Assembly (NCBI GenBank): GCA_963513125.1
Contig: CAUPPH010000001.1
Location: 386,532-450,531 of the forward strand
Source: an uncultured Albidiferax sp.
GTDB taxonomy: Bacteria; Pseudomonadota; Gammaproteobacteria; Burkholderiales; Burkholderiaceae_C
Length of the DNA: 64,000 bases
Direction: 5' to 3'
A program made the position numbers and the translations under genes. Positions 25,305 through 36,334 of this stretch are shown piece after piece (position 1 is the first letter of the stretch; every line of letters starts with the position of its first letter). The notes under the pieces were generated by a model, which was not told the origin of the DNA, did not search any database, and saw only the letters and a program-made list of their open reading frames with translations.

Positions 25305-26636
25305 TCAATGCAACTTGACGTGCGACTCGGTGCGCCGGGTGATGGCACGGGTCAGGGTTTCCAGCGTCACCTTGGTCACGCCGTGCAGGGCCAGCTCGTG
25401 CATTTTGTAGAGCGAGGTGTACATCACCCGGGCCACCAGCCCGTCGATGAACAGGCTGCCTTCCATGATCCCGCCCATGAGACTGCCGACCGCACTGTAG
25501 TCGCCCAGCGACACCAGCGAGCCAAAGTCGCGGTAACGGTAGGGCTCCAGCGGCTTGCCTTGCAGACGGCGCTTGATCTGCTTGACCAGGTGCGATGCCT
25601 GCTGGTTGGCGGCCTGGGCGCGGGGTGGCACAAAGCCGTTTTTCTCGGGCCAGGGGCAGGCAGAGCAATCACCCAGGGCAAAGATGCTGTCGTCGCGCGT
25701 GGTCAGCAGGTTTTGCTGCACCGCCAGCTGGTTGATGCGGTTGGTCTCCAGGCCGTCGATGTCTTTCAAAAAGCCCGGTGCCTTGATGCCCGCCGCCCAG
25801 ACCACCAGCTCGGCGGGGATGACCTCGCCGCTGGCCAGTTGCACGTTGTCGGCCCCCACGCCCGACACGCGGGCCGAGGTGTGCACCTTGATCCCTAGGC
25901 TGTTGAGCAGGTTGTGGGCACCGCTGGACAGGCGCGGCGACAGCGCGGGCAGAATGCGATCGGCGGCCTCGATCAGGTTCAGCTTGATGTCGCGCTCGGG
26001 GTCGATGCGGTCCAGCCCGAAGGCCACCACTTCACGGGTGGTGCGGTGCAGTTGCGCCACCAGTTCCACACCGGTGGCCCCGGCCCCGATCACCGCCACC
26101 TGCAGTTGCGCGGGCCGCAGCGGGGTTTCCTGGGCATTGGCGCGCACGCAGGCATCGAGCATGCGGCGGTGGAAGCGCTCGGCATCGGCCAGGGTCTCCA
26201 GCTTCAGGGCATGCTGGTCGACACCGGGCGTGCCAAAGTCGTTGCTGCGGCTGCCCACGGCCATCACCAGGGTGTCGTAGGCAAAGCTGCGCTGGGCGGT
26301 GACCACCACGCCGTCTTCGTCGATGAACGGGGCCACGTGGACCAGCTTGTTGGCGCGGTCCAGGCCGTTCATTTCGCCCACGCGGTAGTGGAAATGGTGC
26401 CAGTGCGCCTGGGCCAGGTAGTTGAGCTCGTGGCGGCCCACGTCCATGCTGCCGGCAGCGATTTCATGCAGCTTGGGCTTCCAGATGTGGGTGCGAGCCT
26501 TGTCGATCAGGGTGATGTCCACCAGGCCTTTGCGGCCCAGGGAATTGCCCAGGCCGGTGGCCAGAACCAGCCCAGCGGCTCCACCTCCAACGATGACGAT
26601 GCGGTGGGCCGAGGGGTTGGGTGTGGGGGTGCGCAT
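25305..26636 (-). CDS. ndh: Type II NADH:quinone oxidoreductase
   Basis: IVIVGGGAAG, WKPKLHE, VIGAGATGVEL, VWAAG and PPRAQAA.QQA motifs. Confidence 0.92.
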   Translation of the reverse strand: MRTPTPNPSAHRIVIVGGGAAGLVLATGLGNSLGRKGLVDITLIDKARTHIWKPKLHEIAAGSMDVGRHELNYLAQAHWHHFHYRVGEMNGLDRANKLVHVAPFIDEDGVVVTAQRSFAYDTLVMAVGSRSNDFGTPGVDQHALKLETLADAERFHRRMLDACVRANAQETPLRPAQLQVAVIGAGATGVELVAQLHRTTREVVAFGLDRIDPERDIKLNLIEAADRILPALSPRLSSGAHNLLNSLGIKVHTSARVSGVGADNVQLASGEVIPAELVVWAAGIKAPGFLKDIDGLETNRINQLAVQQNLLTTRDDSIFALGDCSACPWPEKNGFVPPRAQAANQQASHLVKQIKRRLQGKPLEPYRYRDFGSLVSLGDYSAVGSLMGGIMEGSLFIDGLVARVMYTSLYKMHELALHGVTKVTLETLTRAITRRTESHVKLH

Positions 26637-26717
26637 CCGGAAATTCTAAGGCGCAGCCATGCCACATAAACAAGACGCACACCCCTATTCCGCCACCTGT
26701 TTCATTTATGCCAAAAC

Positions 26718-27899
26718 TCAGTCCAGCGCGCTGGCCGGGCCAAAAAACTCGTAACGGGTTTGTGCTTCGGGCACGCCCAGGTCGCGCAATTGCTGTTTCA
26801 CATGCCGCATGAAGGGCTTGGGACCCAGGAAATAGGCATCCACGTCTTTGGACGCGGGCAGCCAGCGGGCCAGGTCGGTGGTGCTGAGGTGGCCCACCGC
26901 ATCGGGTGCGTGGTCGGTACCCAGATGCTCGTCGTACACGTAAAAGCGCTTCAGCTGCGGGTGGCGTGCCGCACGCGCGTCGATGGTGGCGCGGAAGGCG
27001 TGTACATGGCGGTTGCGTGCGCAGTGGATAAAGTGCACCGGGCGTGTGCCTTGCAGGGCCTGGTCCAGCAGGGCCAGCGTGGGCGTGATGCCGACACCGC
27101 CGCTGATCAGCACGACCGGGCGCTCGCCCGTCGCCAGCACAAAGTCGCCTGCGGGTGGGGCCAGGTCCAGCGTGTCGCCCACCTGCACGCTGTCATGCAG
27201 GTAGTTGGAGGCCACACCGCCGGGCTCGCGCTTGACGCTGATGCGGTAGTCCATGCCGTTGGGCGCGGCGCTCAGCGAGTAGTTGCGGCGGATCTCAAAG
27301 CCATCCACCACCAGGCGCAGGCCGATGAACTGGCCGGGCGCAAAGTCCACCAGCGCGCCACCGTCTTGCGGCTGCAGGGTGAACGAGGTGATCTCGCTGC
27401 TCTCGGCCTCTTTGCGCACCACGCGGAAGGCCCGCGCACCGCGCCAGCCACCGGGGGCAGCGGCCGTGTCGGCGTAGATTTTTTCTTCGGCTCCGATGAG
27501 GATGTCGGCCAGTTGGCCGTAGGCCGCGCCCCAGGCTGCGATGACGGCATCGGTGGCAATCTCGGCCCCCAGCACCTCGCGGATGGCGCGCAGCAGGCAG
27601 ACCCCCACCACCGGGTAGTGCGCGGGCTCGATCTGCAGCGACACGTGTTTGTTGATGATGGTGGACACCAGGCCGCCCAGCGCCTCCAGCCGGTCGATGT
27701 GGCGGGCGTACATCAGCACGCCGTTGGCCAGGGCGCGCGGCTGGTCGCCATTGGCCTGGTGGGCCTGGTTGAAGAAGGGGCGCACTTCAGGGTGCTCGGC
27801 CAGCAGGATTTGGTAGAAATGCGTGGTCAGCGCTTCGCCGCCGCTCTCCAGCAGGGGCACAGTGGATTTGACGATGGCGCGTTGTTCGGCAGTCAGCAT
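26718..27899 (-). CDS. hmp: Flavohemoglobin (NO dioxygenase)
   Basis: Start reassigned to MLTAEQRAIV; globin (KHVSL.I...HYPVVG), RNYSLS, GGVGITP and EFFGP motifs. Confidence 0.95.
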   Translation of the reverse strand: MLTAEQRAIVKSTVPLLESGGEALTTHFYQILLAEHPEVRPFFNQAHQANGDQPRALANGVLMYARHIDRLEALGGLVSTIINKHVSLQIEPAHYPVVGVCLLRAIREVLGAEIATDAVIAAWGAAYGQLADILIGAEEKIYADTAAAPGGWRGARAFRVVRKEAESSEITSFTLQPQDGGALVDFAPGQFIGLRLVVDGFEIRRNYSLSAAPNGMDYRISVKREPGGVASNYLHDSVQVGDTLDLAPPAGDFVLATGERPVVLISGGVGITPTLALLDQALQGTRPVHFIHCARNRHVHAFRATIDARAARHPQLKRFYVYDEHLGTDHAPDAVGHLSTTDLARWLPASKDVDAYFLGPKPFMRHVKQQLRDLGVPEAQTRYEFFGPASALD

Positions 27900-28020
27900 G
27901 GGGTGGCTTTCAATGGGGTGCAGGGCGGCGCTCTGCTGGACCTGGTTTATCAAGATCCGTGCCCGGCCTTCGGTCTATACGGATCAAGCACTTAGCGCTT
28001 TGCTGCATCCAATTGATGCA

Positions 28021-28047
28021 GTCATAATGACTACGAAACACATCAAA

Positions 28048-28052
<5 letters not shown>
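28021..28052. promoter_or_regulatory. NorR boxes (GT-N7-AC)
   Basis: Perfect GTCATAATGAC at 28021-28031 and variant ATCAAAATGAC at 28042-28052 between the divergent hmp and norR. Confidence 0.7.
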
Positions 28053-29586
<1,534 letters not shown>

Positions 29587-29617
29587 GATTTCAGACCTCT
29601 AAAAAAGAAAGCCCCCC

Positions 29618-30103
29618 ATGGACTTCCCCCTGCACCAACTCAGCATGACGGTCTTGATGACCCCCGACATGGCCAACTTCTCCGGCAACGTGCACGGCGG
29701 CGCAGTGCTCAAGCTGCTTGACCAGGTGGCCTACGCCTGCGCCAGCCGCTACGCCGGGCGCTACGTGGTGACGGTGAGCGTGGACCAGGTGATGTTTTTG
29801 CAGCCCATCCACGTGGGCGAGCTGGTGACCTTTCTGGCCAGCATCAACCATGCAGGCACCTCGTCGATGGAGGTGGGCATCAAGGTGGTGGCCGAAAACA
29901 TCCGCGACCATGCGGTGCGCCATGTGAACAGCTGCTTTTTCACCATGGTGGCCGTGGACGACAACCGCAAGCCCGCCGCCGTGCCTCCCTTGCAGCCGGC
30001 CAACCCCGAAGAAAAACGCCGCTTCGAGCAGGCCATCCTGCGCAAGAACCTGCGCCACGAGTTGCGCAACCGGTTCAAGTCGATCAAAGAAAAATCTGAA
30101 TGA
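29618..30103 (+). CDS. Acyl-CoA thioesterase (hotdog fold, YciA-like)
   Basis: NFSGNVHGG..LKLLD motif. Confidence 0.9.
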   Translation: MDFPLHQLSMTVLMTPDMANFSGNVHGGAVLKLLDQVAYACASRYAGRYVVTVSVDQVMFLQPIHVGELVTFLASINHAGTSSMEVGIKVVAENIRDHAVRHVNSCFFTMVAVDDNRKPAAVPPLQPANPEEKRRFEQAILRKNLRHELRNRFKSIKEKSE

Positions 30104-30158
30104 AATCGGGCCCAGGCGCTTATTTCATAAGCGCAAGAAGCTACCAAATCAATAGCAA
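30098..30158 (-). repeat. REP-like family 1 copy (intergenic)
   Basis: GCGCTTATTTCATAAGCGCAAGAAGCTACCAAATCAATAGCAA. Confidence 0.9.
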
Positions 30159-30161
30159 ACG

Positions 30162-30701
30162 CTATTTGTCGATGCTGGAGCCCATGTCGTCCAGCCAGAG
30201 CACGCGGTCGGCGTAGCACTGCAGGTCGGCCGACAAGGTGGCCTGCGCGCCGTTGATCCAGACCTCTTTGCGCAGGTCGGACTTGAGGTAGGAGATGGCA
30301 TCTTCAAAGTCGCCGTCGCCCGCCGACAAGATGACGCGGTCGTAAATGCCCTGGGCGGCGAGCTTGATCATCAGGGTGGCAATCGCCACGTCCACGCCTT
30401 TTTGCACCGTGCGGTCAAACCGCGTGCCGCACGACGGGCATTGGTTGTGCTGCTCCTTGAGCTTGTACAGCTGCACGCGCATCTGCGGGCCCTTGGGCGG
30501 CGCGGACTTGATCCAGGTGTGGAAGGCGTTTTGCGCCTCGGCGTTGGGGTCGCCGGTGGAGTTGAGGTAGTAGCTCTCGTAAATCGGGCCGCCATTGGCC
30601 CGGACCAGCTCGTTTTTCAGCTTCAGGTAGTCAAAGCCGTTGGGACGCGAGCGGCCAAAGTTGTACATGTAGGCGGCATCGACGATCCAGACAGTTTTCA
30701 T
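30162..30701 (-). CDS. NYN-domain (LabA/DUF88, PIN-like) ribonuclease with CxxC insert
   Basis: Start reassigned to MKTVWIVDAAY; QKGVDVAI and SAGDGDF motifs; CPSCG insert. Confidence 0.85.
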   Translation of the reverse strand: MKTVWIVDAAYMYNFGRSRPNGFDYLKLKNELVRANGGPIYESYYLNSTGDPNAEAQNAFHTWIKSAPPKGPQMRVQLYKLKEQHNQCPSCGTRFDRTVQKGVDVAIATLMIKLAAQGIYDRVILSAGDGDFEDAISYLKSDLRKEVWINGAQATLSADLQCYADRVLWLDDMGSSIDK

Positions 30702-30768
30702 TAATTTCAAAGACTCCAAAGTACAAATCGCCATCCACGGCGCACAAAAAAAGGACGGTTTATTCCAG

Positions 30769-30857
30769 GAATACCGCAGAACCGGCTTTGCCGGGCTGCT
30801 GGTATTGCCCCCTGCAAGGGGGTTGGAGGCCACACGCAGTGGGCAAGCCTGGGGGTG
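30769..30857 (-). repeat. Structured repeat family 2, copy 1
   Basis: Aligns to 57393-57511 with compensatory changes; begins a few nt after the VOC gene stop. Confidence 0.8.
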
Positions 30858-30861
30858 TGCT

Positions 30862-31251
30862 TCATGTTTCGTAAAGTTCGAGGGGCAGGCCGTCGGGGTC
30901 GGCAAAAAAGGTGAAGCGTCGGCCTGTGAATTCATCGACCCGCACAGGTTCGACGATGATGCCATCCGCCTGCAGGCTGGCAATGTTGGCATCCAGATCC
31001 GCTACTACAAACGCCAAGTGCCGCAGCCCGCAAGACTCGGGCCGGGACGGGCGCGGCGGCGGGGCGGGGAACGAAAACAGCTCGATTTGCGAGCCATCGG
31101 GCAGCGCCAGATCCAGCTTGTACGACTGCCGCTCCACCCGCAGATTCTCAGTGACGATGCGCAGGCCCAGGATGCGGGTATAGAAATCTTTGGACCGCGC
31201 GTAGTCCGAGCAGATGATGGCGGCGTGGTGGAGGCGGGCGAGGTGCATCAT
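30862..31251 (-). CDS. VOC/glyoxalase-family protein (YaeR-like)
   Basis: LHHAAIICSDY..SK.FY, ELFSFP....RPS.PE.CGLRHLAF and FF.DPDGLPLELYE motifs. Confidence 0.92.
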   Translation of the reverse strand: MMHLARLHHAAIICSDYARSKDFYTRILGLRIVTENLRVERQSYKLDLALPDGSQIELFSFPAPPPRPSRPESCGLRHLAFVVADLDANIASLQADGIIVEPVRVDEFTGRRFTFFADPDGLPLELYET

Positions 31252-31261
31252 GGGCTGGAGC

Positions 31262-32632
31262 TTACCGCGCTACGGTGTCGGCTTCGCGCAAAAACTGCTG
31301 TGCGTGCCGGCGCACCCCGGCCTGCACCGCGTCCCATACACGCGGGGGGAAGTCGGCGGGCAACTGGGTTTGCACCTGTGCCAGGGCCGCGTCCACGCGC
31401 CGCACTAGGCCCTGCATCTTCGGCCACACATTCGGCGCGCCACAGCTTTGCGCCAGGGCTTGCCAATGCCGCACGCGGATTTCACCCAGCTTGTAGTGCT
31501 TGGTTTTGGCCCGTAGCGCCATGGCCAGCGTGGCTTTGTGCTCGGACACCAGATTCGGCCCCTCGCCGATGATGGGCCAGGCAGACAACACGTCGTACAG
31601 CGGGGTCAGGCCAAATGTGCCGCCCCTTTGGTGCGACAGCGAAAAGTTCTTGGCATGCCCATCGGTAGCAGCCAACAGCCAGAAGGCGAGCTGGGTCAGC
31701 GCGAAATGGGCGCAGTCGTCCGCCGCCTGCGCGCTGCCCGCCAGCACGTCCAGGCAATTGCGCATTGAGGGGCCGCCGTCGGATTCGTATTTCTTCAAGG
31801 GCGATGTGCCGGTAGCCTGGCACAGGTCCTCCTGGGGCAGCCGGGCGATCCAGGCCCCTTTGGGCGGGGTGAAACCGGGGCGGTGGGGCTTGCCATCTCC
31901 CAGGTTTTGCCAGCGCCGGTCAAAGCGCTCGACCACCAAGGCTTTTTGGGTGCCAAACCGGGCCATTTCAGTGGTGGCAATGCGCAGTCCCAGCGCCGCC
32001 ACGATCTGCGCACACAGCCATTCGTTTTCGACCGAATCGCGCATGTCGGCCCGCATATTGCCCACCAGGCCCAGGGGCAGCTTCAAGATATGGCTGGTGG
32101 GCGTGGCACCCAGCGGGCGTTGCCACGTTCCTCCAAACCGCAGCAAGGCGGTTTTCTCCTGCGCCCCGGCGATGGAGATGCGAAAGTCGCCATCGTCTTG
32201 GTGCTGGCCCAGGGGTGCATCGGTGGTTGCGGTACGCAAGATGCGTTCGACATCGGACTCGGTGAGCGGCTCGCACTCCACCCGGTTCCAGTCCTGGGGC
32301 TGTGCCCCTTCGGGCAGAATTTGCACCGCCCCCACGCAGTCACGCCCAATGGCAGCCAGCAGGTCAAAGGCCTGGGTGGACTTGGTTTTGAAGCGCGACA
32401 CCAGGCGCTTGCGGATGTCCAGACTGTCGGGCAGCAGGTTCTCGAAGTAATGGGCCACCGCTGCGCCCCGGTGTTCGCCATTACCCTCGGTAAACGGCAG
32501 CGACAAGGACAACGCCCGCCCCCAGACGGTGCGGGTCCAGAGGTCGTCGTACTGGAAGGTCTGCACCCCGTTGCGCGAGGTAGACCACACGCCCACATAG
32601 CGGCCATTCATCCACAGATGGAGTGCCGCCAT
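31262..32632 (-). CDS. hipA: HipA kinase toxin
   Basis: YFENLLPD, RISIAGAQEKTALL, DGHAKNFS and LTPLYDVLS motifs; TAATG overlap with hipB. Confidence 0.93.
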   Translation of the reverse strand: MAALHLWMNGRYVGVWSTSRNGVQTFQYDDLWTRTVWGRALSLSLPFTEGNGEHRGAAVAHYFENLLPDSLDIRKRLVSRFKTKSTQAFDLLAAIGRDCVGAVQILPEGAQPQDWNRVECEPLTESDVERILRTATTDAPLGQHQDDGDFRISIAGAQEKTALLRFGGTWQRPLGATPTSHILKLPLGLVGNMRADMRDSVENEWLCAQIVAALGLRIATTEMARFGTQKALVVERFDRRWQNLGDGKPHRPGFTPPKGAWIARLPQEDLCQATGTSPLKKYESDGGPSMRNCLDVLAGSAQAADDCAHFALTQLAFWLLAATDGHAKNFSLSHQRGGTFGLTPLYDVLSAWPIIGEGPNLVSEHKATLAMALRAKTKHYKLGEIRVRHWQALAQSCGAPNVWPKMQGLVRRVDAALAQVQTQLPADFPPRVWDAVQAGVRRHAQQFLREADTVAR

Positions 32633-32940
32633 TACCAGTCACCGTCCTGGGTGGAAGCTATGGATGGGGGCAGTGCTTCGCTGACAAAGTGCGCTTTGGG
32701 CACCGAAGCATCGCCAGCGGCCAAAGGCAGCTCCTCCAGACCCATGCGCACACCGAGGGCGGAAAAAACCCGCAGCAGTTGCTCAACGCTGATGGACAGC
32801 GGGTCGCCTTCGATGCGGGCCACACGGGCCTGGCTCAACCCCAGCTTGCCACCCAGATCCGCCTGGCTCAAACCTTTTGCATGGCGAAGCGCCCGTAGAT
32901 GCGTGGATAACTGAGAAGGGGTTTGAATTGCGTAAGCCAT
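32632..32940 (-). CDS. hipB: HipB XRE-HTH antitoxin
   Basis: Start reassigned to MAYAIQTP; LR...GLSQADLGGKLGLSQARVARIE HTH; directly upstream of hipA. Confidence 0.9.
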   Translation of the reverse strand: MAYAIQTPSQLSTHLRALRHAKGLSQADLGGKLGLSQARVARIEGDPLSISVEQLLRVFSALGVRMGLEELPLAAGDASVPKAHFVSEALPPSIASTQDGDW

Positions 32941-33021
32941 GCTGCATTTTATGCGCAATACAGCATTTTCACAACAAATGCTTAATTCAGCATAAATACA
33001 CAATATTCCCAATCAAGCATA

Positions 33022-33765
33022 TTACAGCGCCATCGCCTCCCGCACCGCAGCCAGTTGCCGCCGCGACACCATCAGCAACTCGTCCAGGCCTTGCAGCCGC
33101 ACCGCCCAGCCTTCACCCTCCTCGGGGTCGAAATGCTTTTCCAGCGCCCGCAGGGCCCGGCGGGACACCAGCGCGTTACGGTGGATGCGGATGAACACGC
33201 TGGCATGGCGCTGCTCCAGATCGCCCAGCGCGCCGTCCAGAATGTAGTGCTTGGTGACGGTGCGCACGGTGATGTACTTCAGCTCGGCTTTCAGGTACAG
33301 CACGCTGCTCAGCGGCAGTCGCTCGGTGCGGCCCCGGTCGTGGATCAGCAAGAAATCATCGGCCAAATCGGGCTCTACCGCCCTACTCATGGGCGAGAGG
33401 CGCTCTATTTTTTGTAGTGCCTGCTGCAAGCGCTCCAGACGCACAGGTTTGGTCAGGTAGTCCACCGCCTCCACCTCGAACGCCTGTAGCGCATACCCGG
33501 CGTGGGCGGTGACGAACACCACGGCGGGCGGCGGGGTCTGGCCACGCAGCACCTGGGCCAGGTGCACGCCGTCCATGCCGGGCATGTGGATGTCGAGCAG
33601 CACCACATCGACACCCTGGATTTGCAGCAGCGCCAGGGCCTGCTCGGCGTTGGCCGCCTCGCCCGCCACTTCGGCGGAGGGCGCGGTGCAGTCGCCCAGC
33701 AGGGTACGCAGGCGGGAGCGGGCCAGCGCTTCGTCGTCCACGATCAACACGCGCAAGGTCTTCAT
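33022..33765 (-). CDS. algR: LytTR-family response regulator (AlgR-like)
   Basis: VDDE, LLDIHMPG and AVDYLTKP receiver motifs; LytTR F.RIHRNALV; paired with AlgZ-like kinase next to argH. Confidence 0.88.
   Translation of the reverse strand: MKTLRVLIVDDEALARSRLRTLLGDCTAPSAEVAGEAANAEQALALLQIQGVDVVLLDIHMPGMDGVHLAQVLRGQTPPPAVVFVTAHAGYALQAFEVEAVDYLTKPVRLERLQQALQKIERLSPMSRAVEPDLADDFLLIHDRGRTERLPLSSVLYLKAELKYITVRTVTKHYILDGALGDLEQRHASVFIRIHRNALVSRRALRALEKHFDPEEGEGWAVRLQGLDELLMVSRRQLAAVREAMAL
33361..33418 (-). repeat. REP-like family 1 copy inside the algR linker
   Basis: Coding strand ACTACAAAAAATAGAGCGCCTCTCGCCCATGAGTAGGGCGGTAGAGCCCGATTTGG. Confidence 0.7.
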
Positions 33766-34796
33766 ACCGGAATCTCGATACGGACAAGATAGACGCCATC
33801 TTTGAACGTGGCCTGGAACTGGCTTTGCATATCGTGCAGCAAGTTCAGGCGGTCGCGCACGTTGTCCAGCGCCAGGCCGTGGCCGGGCACGCCTTGGCCG
33901 CCAGGGACGGTGTTGGTGATTTTGATCACCACGGTGCTACCCCGGCGCTCGGTGGAAATACGCAAGTCTGCCCCGCTGGCACTGGGCTCCACGCCGTGCT
34001 TCACCGCGTTCTCTACCAGGGGCTGCAGCAGCAACGGTGGCAACTGGGCCGTGGCGGCGCGTGGGTCCAGCGCCCAGTGGATGCGAAGCCGCTCGCCAAA
34101 ACGCACCTGCTCGATGGACAGGTAGCGCTCGGCCAGCGTGGTTTCGGCGGCCAGCGTGACGGACTCGCCCTGGTCTACCAGCGCGTGGCGGAACAGGTCG
34201 CTCAGGTCTTCCAGCAAGGCCTCGGCCTTGGCGGGCTCGGCGCGCACCAGGGCGATGGCGCTGTTCAGAGTGTTGAACAAGAAATGCGGGCGGATGCGGG
34301 CCTGCAGCTCGCCCAGCCGCGCCGTGGTGGCCGCCGGGGTGCGGGCCCGGGCACGCAGCACCAAACCCGCCACCACCAGGGCCGACAGCCAGGCCCCGGC
34401 CGCCGCGCTGGCCAGCCAGGGCACGGGGTCGAGCAGGCCAATCAAGGCCAGCATGCCGCAGCCGTACAGCCCGGCCAGCGCACCCAACACCACGCCGGCC
34501 AGGTTTTGTGCGTGCTGCGGCAGGCGCGCCAGCGGGCGTTTCAGGCTGCACGCGGCCAGCAACCACACCAGCACGGCGGGCAGCGCGCCGCCGGTCCACA
34601 GCGCCAGCCGCGTCAGCCAGTCCCAACTGCTCTGCGCGCCAAACAAGGCCGCCACCGCCACGGCCACTTCCACAAACAGCACCGCGCGCAAGATCACACC
34701 CGCCTGGCAGGCATCGAACACCAGCGCCGTGCGGGGCGGCGGTACGGGCGCGGAGGCCAGTGGCTGGAAGCCCGATAAAATTTGCGGTTCTTGCAT
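33762..34796 (-). CDS. LytS-type sensor histidine kinase (AlgZ/FimS-like)
   Basis: LQARIRPHFLFNTLN, E.YL.IEQ.RF and LQPLVENAVKHG motifs. Confidence 0.9.
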   Translation of the reverse strand: MQEPQILSGFQPLASAPVPPPRTALVFDACQAGVILRAVLFVEVAVAVAALFGAQSSWDWLTRLALWTGGALPAVLVWLLAACSLKRPLARLPQHAQNLAGVVLGALAGLYGCGMLALIGLLDPVPWLASAAAGAWLSALVVAGLVLRARARTPAATTARLGELQARIRPHFLFNTLNSAIALVRAEPAKAEALLEDLSDLFRHALVDQGESVTLAAETTLAERYLSIEQVRFGERLRIHWALDPRAATAQLPPLLLQPLVENAVKHGVEPSASGADLRISTERRGSTVVIKITNTVPGGQGVPGHGLALDNVRDRLNLLHDMQSQFQATFKDGVYLVRIEIPV

Positions 34797-34861
34797 ACCA
34801 GCCGATTATGGGGAAGTTGATCCCCGCTGGTACGCCACCTCTTCCCATCTGGTAATCCTGC

Positions 34862-36265
34862 ATGTCTTCCCACAACCAACTCGACAAAAAATCCGAAGCC
34901 TGGTCGGCGCTGTTCTCCGAGCCCATGAGCGACCTGGTCAAGCGCTACACCTCCAGTGTGTTTTTTGACAAGCGCCTGTGGCAGGCCGACATTGCAGGCA
35001 GCCTGGCCCACGCCGAGATGCTGGCCGCGCAGGGCATCATTGCCGCGCAGGACCATGCCGACATCCAGCGCGGCCTGGCGCAGATCAGTGGCGACATCGA
35101 ATCGGGCAACTTCGAATGGAAGCTGGACCTGGAAGACGTGCACCTGAACATCGAAGCCCGCCTGACCCAGCTGGTGGGCGATGCGGGCAAGCGCCTGCAC
35201 ACCGGACGTTCACGAAACGACCAGGTCGCCACCGACGTGCGCCTGTGGCTGCGCGGCGAAATGGATTTGATCCAGGGCCTGTTGACCGACCTGCAACTGG
35301 CCCTGGTGGCCATTGCCGACAAAAACGTGGAAGTGGTGATGCCCGGCTTCACCCACCTGCAGGTGGCCCAGCCGGTGAGCTTTGGCCACCACATGCTGGC
35401 CTATGTGGAAATGTTCGCCCGCGATGCCGAGCGCATGCTGGACGTGCGCAAACGGGTGAACCGCCTGCCGCTGGGCAGTGCCGCCCTGGCCGGCACCAGC
35501 TACCCGCTGGACCGTGAGCGCGTAGCCAAAACCTTAGGGATGGAGGGCGTGTGCCAGAACAGCCTGGATGCCGTGAGCGACCGCGACTTCGCCATCGAAT
35601 TCACCGCCGCCGCCAGCATCGCCATGGTGCACATCAGCCGCCTGAGCGAAGAGCTGGTGCTGTGGATGAGCCAGAGCTTTGGCTTCATCGACATTGCCGA
35701 CCGCTTTTGCACCGGCTCCAGCATCATGCCGCAGAAGAAAAACCCCGACGTGCCCGAGCTGGCGCGTGGCAAGACGGGCCGCGTGGTCGGCCACCTGATG
35801 GGCCTGATCACCCTGATGAAGGGCCAGCCCCTGGCCTACAACAAGGACAACCAGGAAGACAAGGAGCCGCTGTTCGACACCGTGGACACCCTCAAAGACA
35901 CGCTGCGCATCTTTGCCGAAATGGTCGGCGGCATCACCGTCAAGCCCGAAGCCATGGAGCGCGCCGCCCTGCGCGGCTACGCCACCGCCACCGACCTGGC
36001 CGACTACATGGTCAAAAAAGGCCTGCCCTTCCGCGATGCCCACGAGGTGGTGGCCCACGCGGTGAAGGCGGCGATTGCCAAGGGCGTAGACCTGTCCGAG
36101 CTGCCACTGGACGTGCTGCAAGGCTTCAACGCCAAGATCGAGCAAGACGTGTACGAATGCCTGAGCCTGCGCGGCTCGCTGAACGCCCGCAACATCCTGG
36201 GCGGCACCGCCTGGGCCCAGGTGCGGGCACAGATCGCCCGCCACCGGGCGCGCCTGGTCGCATAA
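34862..36265 (+). CDS. argH: Argininosuccinate lyase
   Basis: [22 protein letters not shown] and [12 protein letters not shown] signatures. Confidence 0.97.
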   Translation: MSSHNQLDKKSEAWSALFSEPMSDLVKRYTSSVFFDKRLWQADIAGSLAHAEMLAAQGIIAAQDHADIQRGLAQISGDIESGNFEWKLDLEDVHLNIEARLTQLVGDAGKRLHTGRSRNDQVATDVRLWLRGEMDLIQGLLTDLQLALVAIADKNVEVVMPGFTHLQVAQPVSFGHHMLAYVEMFARDAERMLDVRKRVNRLPLGSAALAGTSYPLDRERVAKTLGMEGVCQNSLDAVSDRDFAIEFTAAASIAMVHISRLSEELVLWMSQSFGFIDIADRFCTGSSIMPQKKNPDVPELARGKTGRVVGHLMGLITLMKGQPLAYNKDNQEDKEPLFDTVDTLKDTLRIFAEMVGGITVKPEAMERAALRGYATATDLADYMVKKGLPFRDAHEVVAHAVKAAIAKGVDLSELPLDVLQGFNAKIEQDVYECLSLRGSLNARNILGGTAWAQVRAQIARHRARLVA

Positions 36266-36269
36266 GTTT

Positions 36270-36333
36270 TACTACGTAATTGATAGCTGCTTGCGCATAT
36301 GCAATAAGCGCTGGCGGCCTAAATTACCTGATA
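36270..36333 (+). repeat. REP-like family 1 copy (left edge of the Zorya operon)
   Basis: ACTACGTAATTGATAGCTGCTTGCGCATATGCAATAAGCGCTGGCGGCCTAAATT. Confidence 0.9.
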
Positions 36334-36334
36334 A

